NCBI GenBank assembly: GCA_049974095.1
Contig: JBMFJD010000002.1
Location: forward strand, 43,508 to 75,507
Source of the DNA: Nanopusillaceae archaeon
GTDB lineage: Archaea; Nanobdellota; Nanobdellia; Nanobdellales; Nanobdellaceae
DNA length: 32,000 nt
Reading direction: 5' to 3'
Shown: in pieces, positions 1-8,672 of the stretch
Layout of the letters: each line of letters begins with the position of its first letter
How positions within the stretch are numbered: the first letter of the stretch is position 1
Notes under the pieces: model-generated
The model's input: the letters and a program-made list of their open reading frames with translations, nothing else
Databases searched by the model: none
What the model was told of the DNA's origin: nothing
Translations under genes and position numbers: made by a program

Positions 1-216
1 ATTTTTTATATTTTCATTTAAAACTTGTCCAGCTTTTCCTACAAAAGGTTTTCCTTGTATATCCTCATCTCTTCCTGGTGCTTCACCAATAAATAATATT
101 TTAGAATTTGGATTACCATCTCCAGGTACATAATTTTTCTTAAATTGATATAAAGGACATCTTTTACATTTAAGTATCTCTTCATTTAATTCATTTATTT
201 CCTCATTTTTATTCAT
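1..216 (-). CDS. udg: Uracil-DNA glycosylase, family 4 (first 72 codons; the rest lies beyond the left window edge)
   Basis: Minus-strand ATG at 216-214. Translation MNKNEEINELNEEILKCKRCPLYQFKKNYVPGDGNPNSKILFIGEAPGRDEDIQGKPFVGKAGQVLNENIKN stays open to position 1. CxxC, GEAPG and PFVGxAG are N-terminal hallmarks of family-4 (Fe-S, thermostable type) UDGs. It is absent from the ORF track because the window edge truncates it. Confidence 0.8.
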   Translation of the reverse strand, partial: MNKNEEINELNEEILKCKRCPLYQFKKNYVPGDGNPNSKILFIGEAPGRDEDIQGKPFVGKAGQVLNENIKN

Positions 217-251
217 TGATAATATATAAAAATAATTTTTATTTTATTTTA

Positions 252-1073
252 ATGTTTGCTCATGCACAAGGAGAATTTGAAAAATCAAAATGGATAATTG
301 TAGGAATTCCATCAGAAATCGGTAGTTTATCTCATATAAAAAACTATTTAGAAGGACCTGAAGCAATTAGAGATGCTTCATATAGAATTTTTTCTCCAAT
401 ATTTGGAAAAATAAATATGGAAGAAATATATGATTATGGAGATATAGATTTAGAAGATATAAAAGATTTAAGTAAAGTTTATGAGAAAATATATAATGAA
501 GTAAAGAAAATATATAGGAAAGATAAAAAATATATTTTTTTAGGAGGAGATCATTCAATTACATATCCAATATTAAAAATAATAAAAGAAAATTGGGAAG
601 ATTTTTATTTATTATATTTTGATGCTCATCCAGATATCCATCCAGATCCATATCCAAATTATCAAAGTTTTATTTATCATTTAATTAAAGAAGGATATTT
701 GGATCCAAAGAAAATAATATATGTAGGAATATCAAATTTATCATTTGAAGAAAGAAATATAATTGAAGAATGGAAAATAAAATATTATAATCCATTAAAT
801 ACTTGGGATAATATAAAAGAAATATCAAAAGAAATATCTGAAATTTTATATAATAAAAATGTTTATATTTCAATTGATATTGATGTATTTGAAAATGGAT
901 GTGGACATTGGTTAGAAGGTTTTGGAATAAGACCATATCATTATTTTAAAATTATTAGTGAATTAAATATTAATTTAATTGGATTTGATTTATTAGAATT
1001 ATTCTCTAATGAAGTATGTGACAATTTAGCTGCAAAAATTATAATAGAAACAATATCTATTTTTAATAAATAG
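252..1073 (+). CDS. speB: Agmatinase-like ureohydrolase (arginase/agmatinase family)
   Basis: The ORF track gives 216..1073. I prefer the ATG at 252 (MFAHAQGEF...) because a start at 216 would abut the divergent UDG start and leave no promoter space. Ureohydrolase metal-site motifs GGDHSITYP, FDAHPD and SIDIDV are present, though the region after the third motif is divergent. Agmatinase rather than arginase is inferred from pdaD in the same window. Confidence 0.72.
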   Translation: MFAHAQGEFEKSKWIIVGIPSEIGSLSHIKNYLEGPEAIRDASYRIFSPIFGKINMEEIYDYGDIDLEDIKDLSKVYEKIYNEVKKIYRKDKKYIFLGGDHSITYPILKIIKENWEDFYLLYFDAHPDIHPDPYPNYQSFIYHLIKEGYLDPKKIIYVGISNLSFEERNIIEEWKIKYYNPLNTWDNIKEISKEISEILYNKNVYISIDIDVFENGCGHWLEGFGIRPYHYFKIISELNINLIGFDLLELFSNEVCDNLAAKIIIETISIFNK

Positions 1074-2106
1074 TATTTCCATATGTAATATGTAAACATA
1101 ATATAGATAGACCAAGAATTCCAAATATTAATAAATTAATTGTAAAAATTTGAATGGAGAGAATTATATTTGTTGTATAATAAAAGAAAATAAAATTAAG
1201 AAAAGAAATAAATAAAATAAATATACCCGAAATTATACCCAGATTTATTTTATTTTTATCTGGAAAATTATGATATAGATAAGAATGGATAGCAATAAAA
1301 AATAAGAAAATAAAGAAATTAATATTTTGGAGTAAATATATTATTGAATTTTTTATAATAAATAAAAGTACAGTAAAAAATATATATAAAATAAGAAATA
1401 AAAATGGAAAATACATTGTAAAATTCTCTTTTTTATTTTCAAATACTTCTTTAATTATAATTATTATAGGAATTTCTAAAAAAGAGAATAATCCTGCTAT
1501 CATAATAAAAAATATATTAATAGAGAAGATAGATAAAATAAATTGGAGAGAAATTAAGAAAAAAATTAATAGAAAAATATAATCTTTATATTTTTCAATA
1601 GAATTTAATTTATATAAATAATAAATTTTCTTATCATTTAAATTAAGCAAAAAGATTAATATAGATAATAAAAATAAGGAAAAAAGATTGATATATTTTA
1701 AATAAAAAATAATTGTTGAATAAAAATAGATTATGAATAAAAAAATTATCTGTTTTCTATTTATAGATAGTTTATTTTCTCCAAAGAAATTTCCAATAAA
1801 ATAAAATAAAAGAAAAAATGATAGAACATAGGAAAAATATTTAAATAATATATTATTAAAATTTAGAAAAAATAATTGGATTATTATTATAATGTATGAG
1901 ATTTTTATCATATTTATTTTAGTATAATTAATAAAAAAGTATAAAATAATAGAATAAAATATAAAGAAAACTAAATAAAAATAAAAATATGGATTACTAA
2001 TATAGAATGATAAGATAAATATTGATAAAATAATATAAATTATGTATAATTCAATATTGAAATATTTATTTTTATCAATTATCCTCTCTATAAAAGATTC
2101 ATTCAT
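1063..2106 (-). CDS. Polytopic membrane protein, paralog A of an in-window pair (function unknown); last gene of the surface cluster
   Basis: 347 aa, almost entirely hydrophobic (about 10 TM spans by eye), 1 Cys. Full-length paralog of 4026..5189. Shared blocks: YTKxNxIKIxYIxIIxQ, KLNxIxKYKxYIFxLI, (K/R)ENFTxYF, IHxxLYxxxPDxxKxxLGI. The 31-nt upstream spacer has a TATA-like box at 2130..2137, 23 nt from the ATG. Confidence 0.6.
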   Translation of the reverse strand: MNESFIERIIDKNKYFNIELYIIYIILSIFILSFYISNPYFYFYLVFFIFYSIILYFFINYTKINMIKISYIIIIIQLFFLNFNNILFKYFSYVLSFFLLFYFIGNFFGENKLSINRKQIIFLFIIYFYSTIIFYLKYINLFSLFLLSILIFLLNLNDKKIYYLYKLNSIEKYKDYIFLLIFFLISLQFILSIFSINIFFIMIAGLFSFLEIPIIIIIKEVFENKKENFTMYFPFLFLILYIFFTVLLFIIKNSIIYLLQNINFFIFLFFIAIHSYLYHNFPDKNKINLGIISGIFILFISFLNFIFFYYTTNIILSIQIFTINLLIFGILGLSILCLHITYGNTIY

Positions 2107-2137
2107 AATAAATTTATATTTGGATATTAATATAAAA

Positions 2138-2788
2138 TTATGCTATTCTTATTTCATTTTCTCCAACTCTTTCCAAATATACATTTACAGATTTATACAA
2201 TGTAATATTATTTACAAAATAACAAGGTAAAATATTACATATAACTTGTCCATTATAATTTGTTGTACATATTTCATTTCCAGAAATATTCGTTGGAAAT
2301 AGAAATATAAAATATTGATGAGCAAATGTTTGATTTTCTAAACAAAAAATATATACAAAATAATAGAAATCTGAATAGAAGTTTTTGCAAATTATAATAT
2401 TAATATAATTTAATGTAAAATTTATAGATATGGGATAAGATATTTTTTCACAATTTCCGATAAAATTTAATATTCCAAAAGAATAGTTTCCAACATATGC
2501 TCTAAATGGATATGGAAATATTGCACATGTTGGTAAAGAATTTTGGTAAAAAATACTAAAATATTCTAGTTTATCTGTAGTTGTATAATATATAGGATAA
2601 CTTTGATATCCCAAACAATTTGGAGAAAATAGATCATATAATATATCTTGAGAATAAGAAAATGTATTTTTTTGAGCATAATTATATAGATTTATTGAAG
2701 AAAAAATACCAGTAATTATTATTATTCCGACTAAAAATAATACAATTAATATTGTTATAAATGTAATAGAAAATTGATTTTTTATCAT
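2138..2788 (-). CDS. Secreted/pilin-like protein with K-N-Q N-terminus, 8 Cys
   Basis: The ORF track gives 2138..2797 (MQSMIKNQ...). The internal ATG at 2788 forms an ATGA stop/start overlap with the upstream gene (plus-strand tcat 2785..2788), as at four other junctions of this cluster. That start gives MIKNQFSITFITILIVLFLVGIIIITGIF: a basic residue, N-Q, then about 23 hydrophobic residues. There are 8 Cys and several N-x-S/T sequons. Confidence 0.6.
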   Translation of the reverse strand: MIKNQFSITFITILIVLFLVGIIIITGIFSSINLYNYAQKNTFSYSQDILYDLFSPNCLGYQSYPIYYTTTDKLEYFSIFYQNSLPTCAIFPYPFRAYVGNYSFGILNFIGNCEKISYPISINFTLNYINIIICKNFYSDFYYFVYIFCLENQTFAHQYFIFLFPTNISGNEICTTNYNGQVICNILPCYFVNNITLYKSVNVYLERVGENEIRIA

Positions 2789-4026
2789 TGATTGCAATAT
2801 GTATTTACTTGTATTTGAGATGGGCAGATTACTCCTTCAGCACAGTTTAAATTACATCCACACTGAACATTTATCCAACATACATAACATTGTGCTGGTA
2901 TGGATTCATAGTATGTAAATTCTATAGTTTTAGTATTATTTTCTTTGGAAATAATTTGAGATGTTCCACATCCTTCTTGTGAATTACAAGAATTTTGAGC
3001 ATTTGTTAAATTACAAGTTAATGGCAAAGGAGTTATTATTTCATTATTTGTTGTATTAATTTGATATTCGCATTGATATTCACATATTTTATATGCATAT
3101 TGAGTAACATTCTGATAATATACTACAGAACTAATATATATTGATTGTGGTTTTGTTTTTCCTAAAAAATATACATTATATTGCGTATCTTCGCAATATA
3201 ATCCTATAATACAGGCTATACCTTGAGGATATTGGCAAACTGTATTACATGTAGCATATGGTAAATCACATTGATATTTTGTTATACTTTCATTGCATTT
3301 TATATATGGATTATTTGACATTTGTTCAAATATTTGAGCACATGTATTTTGAGGACTTTTTCCTTCTAATGCATTTATACAATCTTGTAAGGAACATTGA
3401 GAAAAAACACCAGAAATAGAAAACGAATAAGATAAGTTATATAAATAAAATGCAGGATTGTTTGTTATATTTACAGAAATATTAAATGGAATATAAGATC
3501 CAGAGCTATTACTTGTTGTTATTATAGTTAATCCATTAGCTTGTATTGGGAAATAATAATTGTATTCTCCTGAATTAATCTCGCTACAATTTCCAATTAT
3601 TGATGCATTATAATTATTTGTAAAATTAACTGTTATACTATATGGATAATAAAAATTTAAAGCTTGTAAATTTGTTAATCCATAAGAAATAACTGATTCA
3701 TAATTTATTGTTAATAGATTATTATAATAATTTAATGCTTGTTGACATGAAGGGGGTAAATTGCATCCCTCTGGTACAGAAGCCCAAAAGGTATCATTCC
3801 ATGAAGTTACTCCAGCAAGATACGAACTACTATATCCTTGTTGAATTAAAGATGTATATAAATAACCTAAAAAATAATTTGAAAGAGTTATTGAAGATGT
3901 ATATCTTACAAAAACCTGGTTTTGTTTGTATTGAAATGAAAGAGAATAAAATGTTAATAATATTACAATTATTATTAAAGCCAAAAATAGAATTGTATAT
4001 ATAATTTCTGCCTGACTTTTCATCAT
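2785..4026 (-). CDS. Large cysteine-rich secreted protein with pilin-like N-terminus (MMKSQ + hydrophobic helix), 24 Cys
   Basis: 413 aa. N-terminus MMKSQAEIIYTILFLALIIIVILLTFYSL. I count 24 Cys, clustered in the C-terminal half (e.g. QCYVCWINVQCGCNLNCAEGVICPSQ), and many N-x-S/T sequons. The start overlaps the upstream stop (TAATG, plus-strand catta 4024..4028). I recognise no family. Confidence 0.65.
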   Translation of the reverse strand: MMKSQAEIIYTILFLALIIIVILLTFYSLSFQYKQNQVFVRYTSSITLSNYFLGYLYTSLIQQGYSSSYLAGVTSWNDTFWASVPEGCNLPPSCQQALNYYNNLLTINYESVISYGLTNLQALNFYYPYSITVNFTNNYNASIIGNCSEINSGEYNYYFPIQANGLTIITTSNSSGSYIPFNISVNITNNPAFYLYNLSYSFSISGVFSQCSLQDCINALEGKSPQNTCAQIFEQMSNNPYIKCNESITKYQCDLPYATCNTVCQYPQGIACIIGLYCEDTQYNVYFLGKTKPQSIYISSVVYYQNVTQYAYKICEYQCEYQINTTNNEIITPLPLTCNLTNAQNSCNSQEGCGTSQIISKENNTKTIEFTYYESIPAQCYVCWINVQCGCNLNCAEGVICPSQIQVNTYCNQ

Positions 4027-5189
4027 TATATTATTGAATGAAAATATAAAAATATTAATATTAAAACTGTCATCACAATACCATGTATTATTGATAAAAT
4101 TAGACTAATATTTGGAATATAAAATAGCGGTACAATAAAACTATCCATATTTGGAGGAATACCAAATATTGCAGATTCTAATAATTCTCCTAAAACTAAT
4201 TGAATAAGAAATATTATACCTATTGTTATTCCTAAAGATTTTTTTAAAGGATCCGGATATTTTTTATATAAACCATAATGAATTCCTGAAAAAAACATAA
4301 ATAAAGAAATTAAAATTCTAGTATGAAAGAAAAATGAATAATAATCTTGAAATAGAAAATAAAACTCTCCAAAAATAATTATTGAAGATAATAAAATAAG
4401 TAAGAAATATATTGTAAAATTTTCTCTTTTATTTTTTATTTTTCTATATATTAGATAGAATATGATGAATTCAAATATAGAAATAAATACTAAAGAAAAA
4501 TCGAGATAGAATTTCCAGTTATTAGAAATTAAAAATATGTGTAAATAATAAAGAGATAAAATAATTTGAATTAATATTATAAAATAGATTAACATGAATA
4601 TGTATTTTTTATATTTATCTATTTCATTTAATTTTATTATACTTAATTCATTTTTATCAATTGCATCTGTATAAAATAAAAGAGGAATTATTAAAAGAAA
4701 AGAAATAAAATAAATTAAAGAAAATAGATAGATATGAGACATTGAGAAATTATATATGTAAGCAATATATCTTGGTATTTTAACATCGATATCTCCATAA
4801 ATCATTTGATAGATTGTTTCAAGAAAATAAACAAAAAAATAATAAATTATTGACGATATATATAATATCAATGATCTTTTTGAGAAATTAAATCTCTTTT
4901 CTACGGAATAATATCCTAAAAGAAAATAGAATATATAAAAATATATATAATTTGTAAATAAGCCTCCTGAAAAATCTTTAAAATAAAATAAACTAAAAAT
5001 CTGGAAAATTATTAAGATATATATTATCTTTATTGTATTACTTTTAGTATACTTTAATAAGAAAAATAAAATAAACAAATATATAGAGCCAAACAAAATA
5101 ATATAATAGTTGAAACTTGATAATATAGAAAATAATAAAAATAAAAGCAAAAATATTGAAAAAAGAACTTTATTTATATTTTTTACCAT
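4026..5189 (-). CDS. Polytopic membrane protein, paralog B of the in-window pair (function unknown)
   Basis: 387 aa, hydrophobic throughout, no Cys. Aligns end to end with 1063..2106 (blocks listed there). Carries an extra roughly 40-aa segment containing YGDIDVKIP that paralog A lacks. Its start overlaps the upstream gene by 7 nt (5183..5189). Confidence 0.6.
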   Translation of the reverse strand: MVKNINKVLFSIFLLLFLLFSILSSFNYYIILFGSIYLFILFFLLKYTKSNTIKIIYILIIFQIFSLFYFKDFSGGLFTNYIYFYIFYFLLGYYSVEKRFNFSKRSLILYISSIIYYFFVYFLETIYQMIYGDIDVKIPRYIAYIYNFSMSHIYLFSLIYFISFLLIIPLLFYTDAIDKNELSIIKLNEIDKYKKYIFMLIYFIILIQIILSLYYLHIFLISNNWKFYLDFSLVFISIFEFIIFYLIYRKIKNKRENFTIYFLLILLSSIIIFGEFYFLFQDYYSFFFHTRILISLFMFFSGIHYGLYKKYPDPLKKSLGITIGIIFLIQLVLGELLESAIFGIPPNMDSFIVPLFYIPNISLILSIIHGIVMTVLILIFLYFHSII

Positions 5190-6727
5190 ACTCTTAATAT
5201 AGCAACAAGATATCCACCAAGAAATCCTGTATCTGTTGGATAATAGAAATCAAATACATATGTATTTACTCCTGGTGGGACTGGATATCCTAAACTAATA
5301 TATTTCCCATTTTCACGAAATAAAAATGCATTTAATTCTAGTTCTTTTCCATCTTTTGTTATACAATAAACTCTAGCCATTGCTATTCCATTGCTTCCAT
5401 AATGAGGATCCCAATATGCAGCAGATATTTTTATATATGGTACATTTGGATCCCTATCATCTATAGCCCATTTTGTTATATTAAATTGATATATTCCCCA
5501 AGAATTTATATTATCTCCTATTAAATATACTAAGGGACATTGTTTTCCAACAATAGTTCCATTTATATTTTCTACATTATCGTATACTCCAGTGGGACAT
5601 GTTACATTACTGTAATTACAATCCGGATCTGCTGCTAAAAATATATAATCTGGTTGTCCTGTTTTGTTTACAAAAGCAATATATAATCTAATTACCTCAT
5701 GCCATGGATAGTCTATAAATAACTGTTGACAATCCGATGGTATATAAACTTTTCCTGTATAAAAAGAACCTACAATAACATATTTATTGTAAACATCATT
5801 AAAACTTATTAATCCTAAATAATATGCTAGTAAATTAATATTTGTTGCAGTTTTATATGTTGGAGGATTTACATAATAGTGTCCTGTATTTTCATTTACG
5901 CATCCATAATTATTGCATCCTTGGAAAAAATAAGGTAAGTTACTACTTGGAGAAACAGTTACCATGGATCCTTCATCTAAATCTTGAAACAGAGGCCATT
6001 CACCATTTGGACAGAATACAGAAGCCGGTGTAAAATTTTCTTGAGGAAATATTTTAGAAAGAGGTTCACATATATCTTTTTGTACTGAAGAATATGTACA
6101 AGTAGCAGGAGAATATAAACCATTTAATCCCCAATCAGGACATGAAAATTGCTGATGAAAAGGAGCAGTGGCATTTACCCATCCAGCTCCAGTTAAATTT
6201 AATATATTTCCATTTGGTGCTATAACAGTTTCTTGATAATTACTTACATAAAAATACGTATAATTCCATTCATACCATTTAAATTCATTATTATCATTTG
6301 GAGGATTTATTTGACAACTATCCCAATCTCCTAAATTTCCTACAAATATAAACATATGAACAATCCATCCTGTTACCGGTGGTACAAAATATACTGTTAA
6401 GTTCCATCTATTTCCATAAATACTCTCAAAATATTGTATAATATCTTGTGATATATTTGTGCAGATATTTTGATTTATACAATATGTATCATTTCCTGAT
6501 GTACTCCAATATGATAATAAGAATGCATAGGATAAATTAACTATAGGATCATTTATATAAGGTAATAAAATTACACTATTTTGTATTGTTGAAGAATATT
6601 GCTCTATTGATGTTATATTTTGCTTTTTTATTGAATAATTATAAGAAATTAAAAAGTATAGAATTAAAGATAAAATTATTATTGCAGAAATAATTATATA
6701 AAAAATAAAATTTATTTGATTTCTCAT
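5183..6727 (-). CDS. Large secreted protein with pilin-like N-terminus (MRNQ + hydrophobic helix), 14 Cys
   Basis: 514 aa. N-terminus MRNQINFIFYIIISAIIILSLILYFLISY. The first codons share an 18-nt string (AATCAAATAAATTTTATT) with the 7717 gene (MKNQINFINF). 14 Cys, many sequons, Trp/Tyr-rich ectodomain. ATGA overlap with the upstream gene at 6724..6727. Confidence 0.65.
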   Translation of the reverse strand: MRNQINFIFYIIISAIIILSLILYFLISYNYSIKKQNITSIEQYSSTIQNSVILLPYINDPIVNLSYAFLLSYWSTSGNDTYCINQNICTNISQDIIQYFESIYGNRWNLTVYFVPPVTGWIVHMFIFVGNLGDWDSCQINPPNDNNEFKWYEWNYTYFYVSNYQETVIAPNGNILNLTGAGWVNATAPFHQQFSCPDWGLNGLYSPATCTYSSVQKDICEPLSKIFPQENFTPASVFCPNGEWPLFQDLDEGSMVTVSPSSNLPYFFQGCNNYGCVNENTGHYYVNPPTYKTATNINLLAYYLGLISFNDVYNKYVIVGSFYTGKVYIPSDCQQLFIDYPWHEVIRLYIAFVNKTGQPDYIFLAADPDCNYSNVTCPTGVYDNVENINGTIVGKQCPLVYLIGDNINSWGIYQFNITKWAIDDRDPNVPYIKISAAYWDPHYGSNGIAMARVYCITKDGKELELNAFLFRENGKYISLGYPVPPGVNTYVFDFYYPTDTGFLGGYLVAILRVW

Positions 6728-7251
6728 TTTAGTATGTATGTTATTAATTCTATTGCTACTATAGAAATTCCAATTATTAAATAATTGCTATAATTATTTT
6801 CATATAATTTTTGCATATTTTTATAATTTGTTAAATTTATTGTTGGAGGAATTGTTAGTGTAATATTAATAACATTTGTAGTATAATTTGCTGAAAATAT
6901 AATATCGTTTAATGCATTTATAGGTATTAAACTATATGGAGAAACAGCAGTTCCATTTGGGTATACACAATAATAAGTTTGGTAAGTAACATTGTGGTAG
7001 ATAGTTAAATTTAGAAAATATGTAGATAAATTAAAATGAGAACAAAAATTATATTGAACAGGAACATTTCCATTATAATAATCTATCGCATTAAATATTT
7101 TTCCATCTACAATACAATATTGTCCAGAAGAATTAACAAAATATGTTCCTCCACTATATTCACAAAATACTGCAAAAGGATTTCTTATTGAATAAATTTT
7201 ACTAAAAAATATTAGTAATAATAAAAATAAAAAATACTTTATTTTTTTCAT
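6724..7251 (-). CDS. DUF333-like 4-Cys surface protein with Sec-type signal peptide and C-terminal TM anchor
   Basis: 175 aa. N-terminus MKKIKYFLFLLLLIFFSKIYS looks like a Sec-type signal peptide. It is followed by IRNPFAVFCEYSGGTYFVNSSGQYCIVDGKIFNAIDYYNG, which matches from memory the DUF333/COG3042 pattern NPAxxYCxxxGGxxxxxxxGxxCxxxDGxxxxxWxxYxG. The C-terminus LIIGISIVAIELITYILK is a TM anchor. Paralog of 7714..8655. Confidence 0.6.
   Translation of the reverse strand: MKKIKYFLFLLLLIFFSKIYSIRNPFAVFCEYSGGTYFVNSSGQYCIVDGKIFNAIDYYNGNVPVQYNFCSHFNLSTYFLNLTIYHNVTYQTYYCVYPNGTAVSPYSLIPINALNDIIFSANYTTNVINITLTIPPTINLTNYKNMQKLYENNYSNYLIIGISIVAIELITYILK
7088..7154. repeat. 67-bp perfect repeat, copy 1 (inside the DUF333-like gene 6724..7251)
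   Basis: Identical to 8393..8459: gcattaaatatttttccatctacaatacaatattgtccagaagaattaacaaaatatgttcctccac. Identity extends a further 15 nt upstream across a single mismatch (7087 c vs 8392 t). Wider homology spans about 7031..7154 vs about 8336..8459. Confidence 0.9.
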
Positions 7252-7285
7252 TAAATTATTTTTCTTTAAAAATATATAAACATTA

Positions 7286-7717
7286 TTAGCCGGCTCCTCC
7301 CATTATATTTTGTATAAATTGCAAAGAAGGAGTTATGTATAAATTATTTCCATATTTTAATATATAAATTTCTGATGGATAGATTAAAAAAGATACATTT
7401 TCTTCATTATTATTTATCAAATATATTGTAGAATTATAAAAAATAACAGTATAATTATTTTCTTGATAATTTATTATTAATTCAGAATTATTTGAATATA
7501 AAATAATATCTTTTGGGACAGATAATTCAATATAGTAATTTCCATAAGATGTATAAATTGTATTTGCTAAGTTCTGTAAGTTTTGTAAAAATATCGTAAA
7601 TTCTTCTCTTTGCTGATTTTTTTGTAAATTCATTGAAAAAGAAAAATATATGCCAATAGCAATTCCAACAATTATTAATATTATTCCAAAATTAATAAAA
7701 TTTATTTGATTCTTCAT
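7286..7717 (-). CDS. Small pilin-like protein (MKNQ + hydrophobic helix), no Cys
   Basis: 143 aa. N-terminus MKNQINFINFGIILIIVGIAIGIYFSF, then a beta-rich, Asn/Tyr-rich domain, ending in GGAG. ATGA overlap with the upstream gene at 7714..7717. Confidence 0.6.
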   Translation of the reverse strand: MKNQINFINFGIILIIVGIAIGIYFSFSMNLQKNQQREEFTIFLQNLQNLANTIYTSYGNYYIELSVPKDIILYSNNSELIINYQENNYTVIFYNSTIYLINNNEENVSFLIYPSEIYILKYGNNLYITPSLQFIQNIMGGAG

Positions 7718-8655
7718 TTTAGATAAAATAACAATATTATTAATCCAATTATCATAACAGAAATTGTTATTATTGCAGGTATTATAAAGTTACTATTATT
7801 CATATTGTTATTTGTTAGATTTTCTTCATTTTTTATTATTTGTTGTACTAATGTATTATTTTGTTGTGTTTGATTTAAATAAATACATTGAAACATTCCA
7901 TAACAATTTACTTCTATTTTATTTGGTGGTGGACATTGTTTTTCAAATTCTTGATATAATTCTTCTAATGAATAATTCTGCGGACATAAGTACCAAGGAC
8001 TAAATGCGTTGCTATTGCATTTTCCGCATCCAACATATTCTCTATAAAATTCTATAGTTTGATTATAAGATCCAATATATAAATTTGGAGGAATATATGG
8101 GGGATTAAAGCATGGATATGGGATATTAGAACATTGAGAAGCTTCCCAAGGAGTACTTGGGCATTGTAATATATTTGAACAATTTGATTGACCAATTTCT
8201 ATAATATTTGAATTACTATTTAGATAATTTTCAAAGATAATATATGGTGAAATTAATGTTCCATTTGGATATTCACAATAGGATTCATATAAAGTAAAGT
8301 TTGATATATTTTCTTGTTTAATTACTAATGTTAAATTAAAATGAGAACAAAAAGAATATTGAGGTGGTACAAAATTATTATAATAATCTATTGCATTAAA
8401 TATTTTTCCATCTACAATACAATATTGTCCAGAAGAATTAACAAAATATGTTCCTCCACCAATTTGGCAATATTCTTTGTATATTTGCTGAGAAAAAGCA
8501 GGAAAAAATAGAAATATTAAAAATATTAAGAAGATTTTTTTAATCATTTTAAGAATAAGTTGCTTCTTGTATTGTAACCATATACTGTGAAAAGTTTTCC
8601 CATAAAGTGTAGGCAATTCATTGTAATATGGTATATATAATAATCCATTTTTCAT
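7714..8655 (-). CDS. DUF333-like, 14-Cys surface protein with C-terminal TM anchor (probable true start at 8547)
   Basis: The ORF is 313 aa. The internal ATG at 8547 gives MIKKIFLIFLIFLFFPAFSQQ, a Sec-type signal peptide parallel to that of the paralog at 6724..7251. It is followed by YCQIGGGTYFVNSSGQYCIVDGKIFNAIDYYNNFVPPQYSFCSHFNLT and then a Pro/Cys-rich extension (NCSNILQCPSTPWEASQCSNIPYPCFNPPYIPP). C-terminal anchor: FIIPAIITISVMIIGLIILLFYLK. Confidence 0.6.
   Translation of the reverse strand: MKNGLLYIPYYNELPTLYGKTFHSIWLQYKKQLILKMIKKIFLIFLIFLFFPAFSQQIYKEYCQIGGGTYFVNSSGQYCIVDGKIFNAIDYYNNFVPPQYSFCSHFNLTLVIKQENISNFTLYESYCEYPNGTLISPYIIFENYLNSNSNIIEIGQSNCSNILQCPSTPWEASQCSNIPYPCFNPPYIPPNLYIGSYNQTIEFYREYVGCGKCNSNAFSPWYLCPQNYSLEELYQEFEKQCPPPNKIEVNCYGMFQCIYLNQTQQNNTLVQQIIKNEENLTNNNMNNSNFIIPAIITISVMIIGLIILLFYLK
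8393..8459. repeat. 67-bp perfect repeat, copy 2 (inside the DUF333-like gene 7714..8655)
   Basis: See copy 1. Encodes GGTYFVNSSGQYCIVDGKIFNA in both paralogs. Confidence 0.9.
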
Positions 8656-8672
8656 ATAATATAGATATTCCT

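Noticed and set aside
216-251. The ATG at 216 as the agmatinase start (MIIYKNNFYFIL…).
   Set aside because: It would place the start codon back to back with the divergent UDG start at 216-214, leaving no promoter. The 12 extra residues are non-conserved. The ATG at 252 leaves a 35-nt promoter-sized spacer like those elsewhere in the window.
1063-5189. Apparent nucleotide 'repeats' (runs of aaaataa, tattat and similar) throughout the two polytopic membrane genes.
   Set aside because: This is low-complexity sequence arising from Ile/Phe/Leu/Tyr/Asn/Lys codons in AT-rich DNA. The real relationship between the two genes is at the protein level and is reported as paralogy, not as DNA repeats.
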